A stretch of 64,000 nucleotides of DNA from Octopus bimaculoides (Eukaryota): positions 23,947,995-24,011,994 of the forward strand of contig NC_069000.1 in the NCBI RefSeq assembly GCF_001194135.2, written 5' to 3'. Of the stretch, positions 62,799 through 64,000 are shown piece by piece (within the stretch, counting starts at the first letter, position 1; the number at the start of each line of letters is the position of its first letter). The notes under the pieces were generated by a model. The model was not told the origin of the DNA. It saw only the letters and a list, made by a program, of their open reading frames with translations, and did no database searches. The position numbers were made by a program, and so were the translations under genes.

Positions 62799-64000
62799 CA
62801 TCATATATGTATATGTATATATACATAATAGGTATTGCAAATTTTAGAGGTAATACTTGATAATTGTAAGCACCTGTATATGCAAGATAGTGGCCGAAGT
62901 GAGAGAATAAGTTAAAACAGAACACAAAGGATTCCGCAGTACACGTGTTTCAAGCTTTATACACAAACAGTCGTTGCATCATTATATGAGTATATAATTG
63001 ATAGACAGGATGGTATAAAGCTATCTTCAGCCGCAAATATATTCTGTCCCAAGATTATATCACAAAGAAGCAATCCCAAAGAAAAAAGAAAAAGAGGGAA
63101 ACAGGTGAGAGAAAAAGGGAATGTCCACTTGGTATTATCCATTGTAATATGGTTATCCTTTAAATTGATACATTTATATAAAAGTTCATCGGTATTCAGA
63201 AATCTGTCCATCTTGTACCACAATTCAGGGTAGAGTGAGTGATAAATAAATATAACTAGCGTATATGAGAATCATGAATCTGAAGTTTCAATCACATTAT
63301 TTTACTGTTGACATTGGAATTNNNNNNNNNNNNNNNNNNNNNNNNNNNNNNNNNNNNNNNNNNNNNNNNNNNNNNNNNNNNNNNNNNNNNNNNNNNNNNN
63401 NNNNNNNNNNNNNNNNNNNNNNNNNNNNNNNNNNNNNNNNNNNNNNNNNNNNNNNNNNNNNNNNNNNNNNNNNNNNNNNNNNNNNNNNNNNNNNNNNNNN
63501 NNNNNNNNNNNNNNNNNNNNNNNNNNNNNNNNNNNNNNNNNNNNNNNNNNNNNNNNNNNNNNNNNNNNNNNNNNNNNNNNNNNNNNNNNNNNNNNNNNNN
63601 NNNNNNNNNNNNNNAAATTAAAATTAAATTGAGCTTTATAGATTAAAATATATATAAATGTATATATAATATATATAAATGTATATATAATATATATATA
63701 TATGTATGTATGTATATATAAATATATATATATGTATGTATGTATGTATATATAATATATATGTATGTATATATATATATATAATGAGGACATTCATAAA
63801 ATCATGAATCTGAAGTTTCAATCACATTATTTTACTGTTGACATTGGAATTGAACTTACAGCTGTTAGCAATACTAGAAATGTGCAGAAACTATTTTCCT
63901 TTGCATTCTTTAAATTTTCTGTAGGCTGTGATGCATAACCAGCCATTTAAATCAAACTGTTCTAACATTTTTTTGTGTATCACTATTCCCAAATGTAAAA

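Noticed and set aside
63270-63851. ~50-bp direct repeat on both sides of a gap
   Set aside because: Probably the same locus assembled twice around a (TA)n tract
63923-64000. Acceptor-like site with open frame as the next BBS12 exon
   Set aside because: The peptide does not resemble the expected GD(L)T...YRHLG segment

Overview
AT-rich, repeat-dense eukaryotic draft-assembly sequence with about 15 N-gaps. The SINE/LINE repertoire and (TA/CA)n, (GAT)n and (TTA)n tracts look like an octopod cephalopod (Octopus-like); this is inference. One host gene can be reconstructed by hand on the + strand: a BBS12 (chaperonin-like Bardet-Biedl protein) orthologue. Its six coding exons (22169-22232, 39355-39391, 47296-47374, 47811-47936, 56120-57108, 57213-57348) join in frame into 477 codons, and the gene continues past the window. 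It starts at a CpG-enriched promoter near 22.0-22.2 kb, and a 7-codon uORF overlaps its ATG. The rest is mostly transposon debris: RTE LINEs, several tRNA-derived SINE families, mariner (DD34D) and maT (DD37D) elements with derivatives, a fossil Helitron RepHel plus non-autonomous Helitrons, CRE and R4/Dong RLE retroelements, a Penelope-like element, two Gypsy fragments and piggyBac-type MITEs. No intact transposase or RT ORF, CRISPR array or rRNA is present. The most notable observations are degenerate Penelope-type minimal hammerhead ribozyme motifs, the uORF/ATG overlap, a split CRE element that implies an inverted or mis-oriented contig, a (TAA)n landing pad for Dong-like elements, and inverted SINE pairs bracketing BBS12 exons 5-6. 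Protein family calls come from recalled motifs, not database searches, and most TE boundaries are approximate (about +/-30 bp).
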